DNA from: Azolla caroliniana
Lineage: Eukaryota; Plantae; Polypodiophyta
Reading direction: 5' to 3'
Assembly (NCBI GenBank): GCA_043228905.1
Contig: JBHGNT010000006.1
Location: forward strand, 7,936,001-8,000,000
DNA: 64,000 nt
Shown: in pieces, positions 1 to 13,000 of the stretch
How the letters are laid out: each line of letters opens with the position of its first letter
Numbering within the stretch: position 1 is the first letter of the stretch
Position numbers and translations under genes: made by a program
The notes under the pieces: generated by a model
What the model saw: only the letters and a program-made list of their open reading frames with translations
Databases searched by the model: none
Told to the model about the DNA's origin: nothing

Positions 1-2594
1 ACTAGAACGGAGCCCCGCGGAGGACGAGGCTCGAGAGACATTTCTGGCAGCATTACGCCGACCCATCCAGTCAACGCTCAACAACAATAGCGTGAAAGGG
101 GAAACGACGGATATGGTCATTGAACGAGCGTTACAACTCGAGTTGGACAACGAGGAAGAAAGGTTTTCTATGTCCTCCTTACGACAAGAGTTACCCCAGG
201 ACGAGGAACGCCACTTTCGTCAAGCAATCCAGTGCACGATTTGCTTGAACTCGGGGCATTCCGTAGTGGAGTGCAACATGCGAATCCACTGCCCAATCTG
301 CCACTCAAAGGCTCACACAATCCAACAATGCGAATACAATATGTTTAACAGAGCCGCTCCCACAGTCCGCAGCATGGACACAAAGCGTCCCCCACGCCGT
401 ACTGAACCAAGGCGGCAAGAAGACCGACCATGGTATATGGATTGCAACCCACGGGACGACCGGCACCACCGGAATCGCCGAAATCACAACGATTCCGAGG
501 AAGACGAACCAGAGGATGAGGATTATCGTGGACATCCGAGTTATGCTAAAGGTGGCCGACGCTATGAGAATCACCGGCTGACAAACAAACGTGGCGGCTT
601 CAATGGTTATCGTGGGAAGCCGCGTCAATATCGAGATCGTCGGCGTTACGACGAAAGCTTGGGAGATGAGCGACACCAAGAACCACGACGGGACCAACAA
701 CAACCACCGCGTGCGTTCCGACAAACAAGGCCGGACCGGGAGGAGCAAGTCGCACCAGGGGATCGGCACACACCACCAGGAGCCGAGAAGGGTGAGTCAA
801 GCATCCATTGTTTTATTTGTCAGCAGCCTGGACATTATGCCACGCAATGCCCAGCACGCAAGAGCAAGGGGCCCGCCGTCAACACGATTACGACGGAAGT
901 ACAGCAAGTCACGACACGCCAGCAAACAAAAACGGTTGATTGGGCTGCGCAAGATGAGATACGACGACAAGCCCAGGCATGGGTGGAAAAAGCAAACACG
1001 ACCAATACAGAGTGCATGTGGAAGGAGTCCGCGAATACGAGGGAGGAAGCAGAGGACGAAGGATTGGTCTCGGACCCCATTTGGCAGGCATTAGCGGGAT
1101 GCGAGATAACGTTAACAATGGAGAAGCTGCTGTAGCTAGTCCCACGCTTCCGTCAGACCATGGAAGAGCGGGTGACGGGCATACCCGGGGTCACGACACG
1201 CCAGCAAACAAAAATGGTTGATTGGGCTGCGCAAGATGAGATACGACGACAAGCCCAAGCATGGGTGAAAAAAGCAAACACGACCAATACAGAGCGCATG
1301 TGGAAGGAGTCCGCGAATACGAGGGAGGAAGCAGAGGACGAAGGATTGGTCTCGGACCCCATTTGGCAGGCATTAGCGGGATGCGAGATAACGTTAACAA
1401 TGGAGAAGCTGCTGTAGCTAGTCCCACGCTTCCGCCAGACCATGGAAGAGCGGGTGACGGGCATACCCGGGGTCACGACACGCCAGCAAACAAAAACGGT
1501 TGATTGGGCTGCGCAAGATGAGATACGACGACAAGCCCAAGCATGGGTGAAAAAAGCAAACACGACCAATACAGAGCGCATGTGGAAGGAGTCCGCGAAT
1601 ACGAGGGAGGAAGCAGAGGACGAAGGATTGGTCTCGGACCCCATTTGGCAGGCATTAGCGGGCTGCGAGATAACGTTAACAATGGAGAAGCTGCTGCAGC
1701 TAGTCCCACGCTTCCGCCAGACCATGGAAGAGCGGGTGACGGGCATACCCGGGGTCAGCGTCGCTACAAACCTTACAGATGTTAGCGACGGCCCGCTTGT
1801 AGTGGATCACCACAACCTGGCGATCACATTAATATTACACGGATAGGAAATTTCTGGATGCGTAATCGATGGCGGCTCAAGTGTCAATGTAATTAGCGCG
1901 AAAACTTGCGAGCAGTTAGGCATTTCAGAATGGGAGGCTTGCCCATTCTAGCTCCGAATGGCAGATACTCGCTCAATACGACCATTGGGCTTAATTCGCA
2001 AGATAGGCATTATCGTGGGCGGACATCGCTTCGACATCTCGGCGGTCGTCCTCGCCTTGGACGCCCCAGGGGCGTAGCCAGTGCTTCTGGGCAGACCATG
2101 GCTTTGGGCAACAAATATCAAGTAGAGCTGGCAACACAAGTGTATTAGTTTCCGACACGGACGCACCAAGGTTCGCGTACCTACGGAAGGAAGCACGCCA
2201 TAACCCAAGGGTATAACACCATTATACGCAGAAGACATAAATATGCTGGTTGGGGTGCAAGATGCAGAATTAGAGGCATACCTAGATGAGCACCCACAGA
2301 TCATTCCGTTGTTCGAAATCGACGTCATCGCAACCGCGACAGAATATGCCATGACCACTATTCTCCACGACGAGGCTTACGAACCAAACCCAGAGTCCTT
2401 ATTGGAACTCAGCAGAGCACGGGCGGCATTCGAAAGGGAAATGGAAATTTCACGATGAGTAAATGTGGGTACGGAGTCAGAACCCCGTTTCATCTCCATC
2501 GCAAGGGAATTAAGGCCGGACCAGAGAAACAGGATGATCGCACTACTCACGAAATATAAAGATGTGTTCGCTTGGGCTCACGAGGACATGAAGG
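1..2594 (+). pseudogene. Gypsy element G1, gag-protease-start of RT (decayed; 5' end lies outside the window)
   Basis: CCHC knuckles (CTICLNSGHSVVEC, CPICHSKAHTIQQC, CFICQQPGHYATQC), protease-like VIDGGSSVNVIS near 1860, and YKDVFAWAHEDMK just before the copia A insertion; several in-frame stops. Confidence 0.9.
908..1757 (+). repeat. 282-bp tandem triplication inside G1 gag/PR
   Basis: Unit beginning GTCACGACACGCCAGCAAAC recurs at 908, 1190 and 1472; near-identical peptides appear three times in the ORF track. Confidence 0.95.
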
Positions 2595-2674
2595 TGTTGG
2601 GAGACAGGTCCCTCCGGATGGGAAGGGAGAAGAACAGTGCCGACGAACAATCTCGGCCAAGGCCGAAATCGGAA

Positions 2675-2895
2675 GAGGAGTACCCGGCTACGGACAGCCG
2701 GATGATACAAACCCGGTATGAACCGGATGAGGAGTACTTGGCTACGGAGAGCCGGATGGTGCAGACCCGGTATGAACCGGATGAGGAGTACCCGGCTACG
2801 GAGAGCCGAATGATACAGACCCGGTATGAACCGGATGAGGAGTACCCGGCTACGGAGAGCTGGATGGTGCAGACCCGGTATGAACCGGATGAAGA
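2675..2895 (+). repeat. 57-bp tandem repeats (about 4) in U3 of copia A LTR; also at about 7490-7710
   Basis: Unit GAGGAGTACCCGGCTACGGAGAGCCGGATGRTRCAGACCCGGTATGAACCGGAT repeated. Confidence 0.9.
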
Positions 2896-3394
2896 GACAT
2901 ATTCGTAAATATGTTTCTGAGAGTCCATCGAGGCTATATTTGTAAATAGTCGAAAAGTCATATTAGTATAAATATGACTTAGGGCAAACTTTTAGTATGA
3001 GTTGTAGTTGTTGTCATTTTCTTGTTGGTGCAAGAAGAGAGAGCGTGTAACTGTGTACAGGTTGAGAGAGAGAGAGAACGAGGTCGTTGCCTCTGTTGTA
3101 ACCGCCGCCTGTGGCGAAGATCGTGAGCACGAGGTCATTGCCTCCATGAACTCATTGTTTGTACATTCCAATATAGTGATAGTTTGCAGCATGTGGGTTG
3201 CCGTGGTTTTTCCCTCAGTTTGGGTTTTCCACGTAAACATCCTGTCTACCTTTTTTTTTCTCCTTTCTCTCCTTTGTGTCGTGCATTTGTTTTCCGTTTT
3301 CTGTGTATGAAAAGAATCTCGGTTGTGGCCGAGCGTTGGACATAAGGAGCGTTGAGTTCCCGTCAAGTGGTATCAGAGCGAAACAACACAAAAA

Positions 3395-6300
3395 ATGGAC
3401 GAATCGTTTGGCGGCATGTTCAAGCTCACCGGATCCAACTATTCGGTATGGAAGTCGAAGATGAGGGACATGCTCGTGTTTAAAGACCTCTGGCTGCCGG
3501 TTCAGTTCAGGGACAAGAGACCGGACAAAATTGACGCCGCGATATGGGAGGTGATGCACATGAAGACAACGGCGTACATACGGTGCTTCATCGACATGAG
3601 CCTGTACAACAACTTCAATGAGGAGAGCAAGGCTCATGAGCTCTGGGAGAAGATCGGCATAATGTTTCAAAACAAAAATGCTGTTAATCAGCTGTCGGTA
3701 TTCCGGAAGCACATGAATGCCTTCCAGGGGCTGATACACCAGGCAACTTCATTGGAAGTACCTCTCGCCGATGAGGTACTAGCACTACTCCTGCTCGGTT
3801 CCCTCCCGGATAGCTGGGAGATGTTGGTTGTCACTTTGGGCAACGCCGGGCCGGAAGGAAAACGGTTATCCCTAGCAAGAGTAAAGTCGAGCTTGCTAGA
3901 TGAGGAGGCACGTCGGAAAGATAAAGATACGAGCTCCGATTCCAAGGCGCTCATCACCGAATCGGAACGCGGAAGACATAGAAACCGTAGTCCCCAAAAC
4001 CGGGAGAAGTCGGGGACACGGTCAAAGTCAAGAGGGAGGCCCACTTGCTTCTATTGCGGCAAACCGGGACACTTCCAAAAGAACTGTCGGCATTTCCGAA
4101 AAGATAAGGAGACCGACGGTACCGATTCGAAGCGGACCTCGGACCGGAACGGTAAAGACCGGAGGGGGCCAGACCGGAAGGGAACGACGGCAATCGCGGC
4201 AAGTGAAGAAGAGTTGATGCTCATCACCGAGGAGTGTGAGATAAACCTTGCCGACGATGAGATGACCTGGGTGGTAGACTCCGGAGCGTCGTTCCACCTT
4301 ACCCCGGACCGGAAATGCTTCTCATCCTACTCAGACGGTGTTCACGGCTGTGTCCGGATGGGGAATGAAGGTACATGCCGAATTGTCGGCATAGGAGATG
4401 TGTGGCTGTCAACACCAACCGGACGCAAGTTGTTGCTGAAGGATGTTCGACACGTTCCGGAGGTTCGTCTGAACCTGATATCAGCCGGTCGGCTAGATGA
4501 TGAAGGCTACATGGGTAGCATCCGGAACAGTGTCATGAAGTTCAACAAAGGGAGCCTGATTGTGGCTCGGGCCCGGAAGGTCAACACTCTGTACCTGATG
4601 AATGCCCAGTTATGCCCGGAAGAAGTGAACGTGGCATCCGACACTGCCGGTGAGCTGTGGCACAAGAGGCTGTGTCATATGAGCGAGAAGGGGATGAAGA
4701 GGCTTGCAGACGACAACCTCATTACAGTGAAGAACGTGCACTTAGAGAAGTGCACTGATTGTCTGGCCGGTAAGCAGAACCGGACCTCCTTCCGACCAAG
4801 GCCACCGATGAGACGTAATGCACCACTGGAGTTGGTGCATACGTATGTGTGTCAAGTAGACACAAAGTCACATGCCGGAGCGCAGTACTTCGTGACGTTC
4901 ATAGATGACCACAGCCGGAAGCTGTGGGCCACACCGTTGAAGACAAAGGATCAGGTGTTATCCGTCTTCAAAGAGCTCCACGCGAGAGTGGAAAAAGAAA
5001 CCGGCCGGAAGCTGAAGGCGGTTCGAGCAGATAACACAGGAGAATACCGGGGGCAGTTCGAGGAGTACTACTGCTCGAAGGGAATCCGGCTCGAATTTAC
5101 TGTGCCGAAGACGCCGGAACTAAACGGACTGGCCGAGAGGATGAACCGGACCATAATGGAGAGGGTCCGGAGTATGCTAGCGCATGCAAAACTACCCAAG
5201 AAGTTTTGGGCTAAGGCATTGTCGACAGCGACATATGTGATAAAGAGATCACCCTCAGTACCCTTAGACGGAGACACGCCACAGAGAGTGTGGACCGGTA
5301 AGGAAGTATCCTACTGGCATCTGAAGGTGTTTGGGTGTCTCGCATACGTGCATGTAGCTAAGGACCGGAGAGGTAAGTTAGATCCAAAGACCCGGCCATG
5401 CATATTCCTCGGTTACGGTGACGATGAGTTCGGCTACCGAGTGTGGGACCTGGTCGACAAGAAGGTATTCCGGAGTCGAGATATTATCTTCATGGAGGAC
5501 AAGACACTCGCCGACTGGGAGTCAGAGAAGAAGATAATGAACTCCGAGTCGACCGGTAAGGATCGACTCTACGATGAGCAGACCCAACCTGCAAGAGACC
5601 GGTTAGCACTCGAAGAACCAGCCGGTTACGGTGAGGATACGGAACAGGCTGAAGAAGAAGTAGAGGAAGCTGAAACCGGAACCGGCCAAGACCTCGAATC
5701 GGATTCGGATGAAGAGCAGATGGATGAGCCGGTCACCGAAGCCCAGAGACGGAGATATCCTCTCAGAGAGAGAAGGGCCCCCCGGAGATTTCCGGATGCA
5801 GAGCATGTTCTGCTGACCGATGAGGGGGAGCCGGAAAGCTTCGAAGAAGCGAAGGAAGACACCCACAACCGAAAATGGTTAAGTGCCATGCAGGATGAGA
5901 TGGATTCCCTGCATGAGAACCATACGTATGAATTGGTGGAGCTACCGAAAGGAAAGCGGGCACTCCGAAACAAGTGGGTGTACAAGTTGAAATCGGGAGA
6001 TGCCGGCAACCCCCCGAGATACAAAGCCAGGATCGTGGTGAAGGGTTTCCAGCAGAAGAAGGGCGTGGACTTCGACGAGATATTTGCCCCGGTAGTAAAG
6101 ATGACCTCCATCCGGACGGTGCTGAGTATAGCGGCAAGCATGGACCTCGAGGTAGAACAGCTGGACGTGAAGACGACATTCCTTCACGGCGACCCTGAAG
6201 AGGAGATCTACATGCAGCAAACGGAGGGATTTGTGGAGAAAGGGAAGGAACACCTGGTATGCCGGTTGAAGAAGAGCCTCTACAGGTTGAAGCAGCCCCC

Positions 6301-7398
6301 CTGGCAATGGTACCGGAAGTTTGACTCCTTCATGACCGATCAAGGGTACCACAAGACGCAAGCCGATCACTACGTGTTTGTGAAGAAGTTTGAAGGAGGC
6401 GACTTCCTGATACTCCTTATGTACGTGGATGACATGTTGATCGTCGGACGTGACCAAGTCAAGATACGGATGCTGAAGAAGCTCTCAACCGGACCTTCTC
6501 AATGAAAGACTTGGGTCCGGCGAGACAGATGATGGGGATGCACATCATTCGGAACCGGTCAAAGAAGCAATTATGGCTGTCACAGGAGAAGTACGTGACA
6601 AAGGTGCTTCACCGGTTCAACATGACAGAAGCGAAACCGGTCGGATTGACACTTTCGGCAAACTGCACACTATCCGGTAAGCAAAGCCCGAAGACGAAAG
6701 CAGAGAAGGCGGATATGATGAAGATTCCATATGCCTCTGCCGTTGGGAGCTTGATGTACACAATGGTGTGTACCCGACCGGATATAGGATACGCAGTCGG
6801 AGTGGTGAGCCGGTTTATGAGCAATCCCGGCAAGGAGCACTGGAACGTGGTCAAATGGATACTCCGGTATTTGAAGGGCACTTCAAATATGTGTCTCCGA
6901 TTCGGCTCTAGAAAACCTCAACTAGACGGTTTCACCGATTCGGACATGTCGGTTGATGTGGATACCACCTGGTCTACATCCGGGTATGTAATGACATATG
7001 CAGGGAGAGCTGTTTCGTGGCAGTCGAGGCTGCAGAAGACGGTTGCATTGTCAACCACAGAGGCGGAGTACATGGCGGCTGTGGAAGCCGACAGGGAAAT
7101 ATTATGGATGAAGGACTTCATCGGAGAGCTCGGTATCCGGCAAGAGGAATACCGACTCTATTGCGACAGTCAAAGTGCCATCCACCTTGCTAAGAATGCG
7201 GCCTACCATTCTCAGACGAAGCATATCCAGCGAAGATATCACTGGATCCGGGAAAGAGTAGATGACCAGGAGTTCGCGCTGATGAAGATCCACACGGCCG
7301 AGAACGGGTCAGATATGCTGACCAAAGTGTTGACAGCCGACAAGCTGAACGCATGTCGGAAGAGGATCAGACTGGTAAGACACCCCATGCCGGAGTGA
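3395..7398 (+). pseudogene. pol: Copia A gag-pol polyprotein (GAG-PR-INT-RT-RH), frameshift near 6490
   Basis: CFYCGKPGHFQKNC knuckle, WVVDSGAS protease, LWHKRLCH..CTDC integrase zinc finger, YVDDML RT, GSDMLTK RNase H; split between ORFs 3395-6505 and 6502-7398. Confidence 0.95.
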
Positions 7399-8182
7399 AG
7401 GGGGAGTTTGTTGGGAGATAGGTCCCTCCGGATGGGAAGGGAGAAGAACAGTGCCGACGAACAATCTCGGCCGAGGCCGAAATCGGAAGAGGAGTACTCG
7501 GCTACGGAGAGCCGGATGATATAGACCTGGTATGAACCGGATGAGGAGTACCTGGCTACGGAGAGCCGGATGGTGCAGACCCGGTATGAATCGGATGAGG
7601 AGTACCCGGCTACGGAGAGCCGGATGATACAGACCCGGTATGAACCGGTTGAGGAGTACCCGGCTACGGAGAGCCGGATGGTGCAGACCCGGTATGAACC
7701 GGATGAAGAGACATATTCGTAAATATGTTTTTGAGAGTCCATCGAGGCTATATTTGTAAATAGCCGAAAAGTCATATTAGTATAAATATGACTTAGGGCA
7801 AACTTTTAGTATGAGTTGTAGTTGTTGTCATTTTCTTGTTGGTGCAAGAAGAGAGAGCGTGTAACTGTGTACAAGTTGAGAGAGAGAGAGAGAACGAGGT
7901 TGTTGCCTCTGTTGTAACCGCCGCCTGTGGCGAAGATCGTGAGCACGAGGTCGTTGCCTCCGTGAACTCACTGTTTGTACATTCCAATATAGTGATAGTT
8001 TGCAGCCTATGGGCTGCCGTGGTTTTTCCCTCAGTTTGGGTTTTCCACGTAAACATCCTGTCTACCTTTTTTTTTCTCCTTTCTCTCCTTTGTGTCGTGC
8101 ATTTGTTTCCCGTTTTCTGTGTATGAAAAGAATCTCGGTTGTGGCCGAGCGTTGGACATAAGGAGCGTTGAGTTCCCGTCAC

Positions 8183-8724
8183 CAAGTTCTATCAACATAA
8201 GATCAATTTAGCAACCGACGCAAAACGCGTCCAACAATGGCGCTACCGCATGAACTCGAACTACGCAACCCGCGTTAAAGAAGAAATTGACAAACTCCTG
8301 AAGGCGGGGTTCATACGGCCAGTTAAACAAGCAACTTGGTTAAGCCCAATAGTGGTCGTTCCAAAGAAAAATGGCAAAATACGGGTATGTGTGGATTACC
8401 GAAAATTAAACGTCGTAACCATTACGGACGCATTCCCTTTACCCTTCACCGATAGCGTACTGGACACCATCGCAGGACGCATGCATCCCGAGATGTACAG
8501 TTTTTTAGATGGCTTCAGTGGGTATAACCAGGTACGCATGCATCCCGAGGACCAAGAAAAGACGACATTTGTCATGGACTGGGGAGTCTATGTGGCAGTC
8601 GTCATGATGTTCGGGCTAAAGACGGTGCCGGCAACATTCCAACGGACAATTACGGAGATCTTTGGGGAATACATTCCGGCGTTCATGCAAGTTTTTTTAG
8701 ATGACTTTGCGGTATATGGGAGAA
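8183..8724 (+). pseudogene. G1 reverse transcriptase, N-terminal part
   Basis: WLSPIVVVPKKNGKIRVCVDYRKLN, FLDGFSGYNQ and FLDDFAVYGR; interrupted at 8724 by the DNA transposon. Confidence 0.93.
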
Positions 8725-9078
8725 GGGTGAAAGCATGCGAGTGGAAACAATTAGCTATGTCCTTGACATAGCTAATTAGCTATGCAAAAAGCTACCATTG
8801 ATAAATAGTCATTTTAGTAAAAAGCCATCATTAATAAATTAAGTATGCAAAAAACTACCATTGAAAATATTAGAGTGTTTTAATTACATATGTAAATGAG
8901 TGCCATAAATGTGCAACATAAATTGATGTGTGCACCATAAATGTGTACCAGAAATTATATATCGAATTCCTAGGTCCATTATGCATGATCCTTTGCCACA
9001 TCACGTAGGCCATCTCTAGTTGAGTATTGTGGGTTAGTTGCTACCACTGTTGCTAAACCCTATCGAGTCCACCTGCCG

Positions 9079-9730
9079 CCACTCTACACTGAGGGGCCGC
9101 TACTGTGCGTTCCAAGCATCATCAAAGAGCTGCTCAATCTGACGGGGTTCTCTTCTCTGTGACACTCTACACTCAAGGGCCACTACTGTGCATTCCAAGC
9201 ATCATCAAAGAGCTGTTCAATCTGACGGGGTTCTCTTCTCTGTGCCACTCTACACTCAGGGGCCATTACTGTGCGTTCCAAGCATCATCAAAGAGCTGTT
9301 CAATCTGAGGAGGTTCTCTTCTCTGTGCCACTCTACACTCGGGCCGCTGCTGTGCGTTCCAAGCATCATCAAAGAGCTGTTCAATCTGACGGGGTTCTCT
9401 TCTCTTTGCCACTCTACACTCAGGGGTTGCTACTGTGCGTTCCAAGCATAATCAAAGAGCTATTCAATCTGACGGGGTTCTCTTCTCTTTTCCACTCTCA
9501 CTCAGGGGCCGCTACTGTGCGTTTCAAGCATCATTGGTAACTGTTCAATCTGACGGGGTTCTCTTCTCTTTTCCACTCTCACTCAGGGGCCGCTACTGTG
9601 CGTTTCAAGCATCATTGGTAACTGTTCAATCTGACGGGGTTCTCTTCTCTATGCCACTCTATTCTCAAGTGCCTTCTATGTGCGTTTCAAGCATCATCGG
9701 TAACTGTTCAATCTGACGGGGTTCTCTCCT
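9079..9730 (+). repeat. About 81-83-bp tandem repeat (about 8 copies) upstream of the transposase
   Basis: Unit CCACTCTACACTCAGGGGCCGCTACTGTGCGTTCCAAGCATCATCAAAGAGCTGTTCAATCTGACGGGGTTCTCTTCTCTGTG, degenerating toward 9900. Confidence 0.9.
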
Positions 9731-10063
9731 CCATTGCCATCATTCTATACTCAGTTGCCACTACTGTCCAGTCCCGGATTGCTTCCACATTTCGATTTGA
9801 CGGAGTTCACTCATCCAACGGCAACATTCTACACTCAGTTGTTGCCATTGGTCGGTCTTGGATCGCCTCCTCAACTGTTGGATCCAACAGAGTGAAATCC
9901 TCTACTGTTCGGTCTTGGATTGCAATAACTTTTCTGTCTATTGATTATCTTGTGTATTGTTGTGTCTAATCTTGTGTATATGTGTGGAATATTTTTGTGT
10001 ATTGTTGTTGCCCATAGCCATCTTTAATACTTGTTTTTTTTTCTGGAAATTTAGGGTTTTAAC

Positions 10064-13000
10064 ATGTCTAGCCAAATGGAAGGGGAAGAAGGGTGTTTAG
10101 AATTACCCCTCAATGATCATAAGGATAGGGATGATGTTATCAGGACACAACAAGCCATACGAAACTATTGGGCAGAAAAAAAAAGGAAACATCATCAATT
10201 GTTGAAGGATACGAAAGCCACACTCAGTAAAGGTAAGGATAGTTTAGCTGAGAATGTAAGTAATGCGACTACCATCATAGAGAGAAAGGTTGTAGACTAT
10301 TTCAATGTTCAAACCAAGCACATCAGCAATGAAGAAAAGAAGGTAGTACTTTATGGAATATGTAATGATCCATCGATAAAGGACTTAGTTGATTGTGATG
10401 GTCTTAATGCAAACATATCATCTATTTTAGTAAATAATCTTCGTAATAGTTTCGTATCCATGAGCAGGTCAGAAGATGATCTTGTCTTAAAAAGGTCTAG
10501 TCTAATGATGTTACTTAATAGTGATGTTGACGATATAAACATCAGTGAGCTATCTAAGGTAATTGGTGTTAGTAGAAAAACAGTGTACAATACAATGAAC
10601 CGTATAATTTCCTCGGGTGAAGGAACTAGTCTACTAAAGCTAACTACAAGATGTAAGCCAATGACACCCATAACATTTGAAATCAAGGATGTAATCACAA
10701 TGTTTTGGACTAATGAGAGTAGGGTTTCACCCAATAAAAAGGATTTATGCAGGAAACGTGTTGGAAGAAATCAATACGAGGAGCATCCCATTCATCTTCT
10801 TGATGTACCTCAGGTATTTACATTTATCTCAACATTTGTTTTGACTCTACTCGGAAAGTTAATTAGCTCAGTTAGCAGAAAAGCTAATTAGCTTATCAGT
10901 TACATTTACCTCAGTTAGCTACTAGGATCGCTACTACATAGGTAACTAGCTACTCTCAATAGTTACTACCATGATAGCTAATTAGCTATTCTCAATAGCT
11001 AATTTAGGTACTACCAGATAATTAGCTGTACTGCTAGCTAGTTAGCTATCATGGTAGCTAGTTAGCTATTTCGTTATTACCAGCTAATTAGCTACTAGGA
11101 AAGCTAATTAGCTACCATGATAGCTACTACATAGGTAACTGGCTACTCTCAATAGCTACTACCATGATAGCTAATTAGTTAGGATAGCTAATTAGCCACC
11201 ATTATAGCTAATTAGCTACTCGACCAGCTAATTAGCTACCATGATAGCTAATTAGTTACTAGGACAGCTAATTAGCCACCATGATAGCTAATTAGTTAGG
11301 ATAGCTAATTAGCCACCATTATAGCTAATTAGCTACTAGACCAGCTAATTAGCTACCATGATAGCTAATTAGTTACTAGGACAGCTAATTAGCCACCATG
11401 ATAGCTAATTAGCTACCATGATAGCTAATTAGCTACTAGACCAGCTAATTAGCTACCATGATAGCTAATTAGTTACTAGGAAAGCTAATCAGCCACCATT
11501 ATAGCTAATTAGCTACTAGACCAGCTAATTAGCTACCATGATAGCTAATTAGCTACTAGACCAGCTAATTAGCTACCATGATAGCTAATTAGTTACTAGG
11601 AAAGCTAATTAGCCACCATGATAGCTAATTAGCTACTAGACAAGCTAATTAGCTACCATGATAGCTAATTAGTTACTAGAAAAGCTAATTAGCCACCATG
11701 ATAGCTAATTAGCTACTAGAGCAGCTAATTAGCTACCATGATAGCTAATTAGCTACTAGGACAACTAATTAGCTACTAGGACAGCTAATTAGCTACCATG
11801 ATAGCTAATTAGCTACTACGACAGCTAATTAGCTACCATGATAGCTAATTAGCTACTAGAATAGCTAATTAGCTACTACGACAGCTAATTAGCTACCATG
11901 ATAGCTAATTAGCTACTAGAATAGCTAATTAGCTACTAGAATAGCTAATTAGCTACCATGATAGCTAATTAGCTACTACGACAGCTAATTAACTACCATG
12001 ATAGCTAATTAGCTACTAGGACAACTAATTAGCTACTAGGATAGCTAATTAGCTACCATGATAGCTAATTAGCTACTAGAATAGCTAACTAGCTACTAGA
12101 ATAGCTAACTAGCTACTAGAATAGCTAATTAGCTACTAGGATAGTTAGCTAGTTACGAGAATAACTAATTCCCCTTTATTACGCAGGTCGATTTATTTAT
12201 TAGGTTCAAACGAATGCATCCAACTATCAAAGTTCAACTACGAACATTCGAGTCTCTTAAGCCACACTTTGTGAGACGCTTAAAGGATCGATACACATGT
12301 TGTTGCATTTACCATGTACAGATGGGTTTTCTGAAGGACTCTGTTAATCTACTACGTCACCATAGCGCATCCCTAACTAATACAGTTTGCACATGTGGGT
12401 GCCCAATCTGTCGATCAAGCCCGCAAGAGGAGTGTAAATCATCTGAGCACGTTATCTCTTCCATGAGTTATTTATTAGATTCAATATTGTGTCCGAGAGA
12501 AACTGACGCTATCTTCCATATTCATAAATGTGTCATGGGTTTATGTCAAGATTGTGGCCCTACTAGATTTAGGTGGTGTCCAAATGAATTGAGTAGTGAA
12601 ATATTGATCTCTGTGAAGTTATTTGAGTCAGTGAACACCAATTTCGAAGGAAAGGTGTGTAAAAGAAAGGATCTAGTTCGGAAGATGCTTAAACCAAGGG
12701 ATTTGGTGTCTCTGTTTGTAGTATCTCTAGGAAAGTTCATTAAACACAACTTCATTTATTCATGGCAGGCCCATCAGTTTAAGACTTGCATATCTGATTT
12801 CCCAAATGATGTAGTAGTCTCAGTAGTAGATTTCGCAGAGAATTATACTTTCAAGCAGCAGAATGAAATTCAATCTATGCATTGGTGTTCAGTTCAGGTA
12901 ACCATTTTTGTGCACATAACATATTTTCGAGTTTCAGGTGATGTTAAAAAAGTAATTCATTTCTTTATTTCCGATGATAAGAAGCATGATACCTTGTTCG

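Larger units (their letters stand above)
2595..8182 (+). mobile_element. Ty1/copia LTR retrotransposon A (full length, frameshifted), inserted in G1 RT
   Basis: TG..CA LTRs 2595-3365 and 7409-8182; PBS TGGTATCAGAGC (tRNA-Met-i) 3368-3379; PPT AAGGGGGAG 7398-7406; no matching TSD (GAAGG left, CCAAG right). Confidence 0.95.

Noticed and set aside
2465-2961. Repeat-protein ORFs (EPDEEYPATESRM..; also 56842-57156, 58206-58436, 63037-63267)
   Set aside because: They are translations of LTR tandem repeats whose unit length is a multiple of 3; no independent coding evidence.
10860-12170. CRISPR array (palindromic repeat with spacers)
   Set aside because: Linkers are only 5-6 nt and recurrent, there are no cas genes, and the array lies in a eukaryotic spliceosomal intron. 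The same reasoning applies to 16240-18062.
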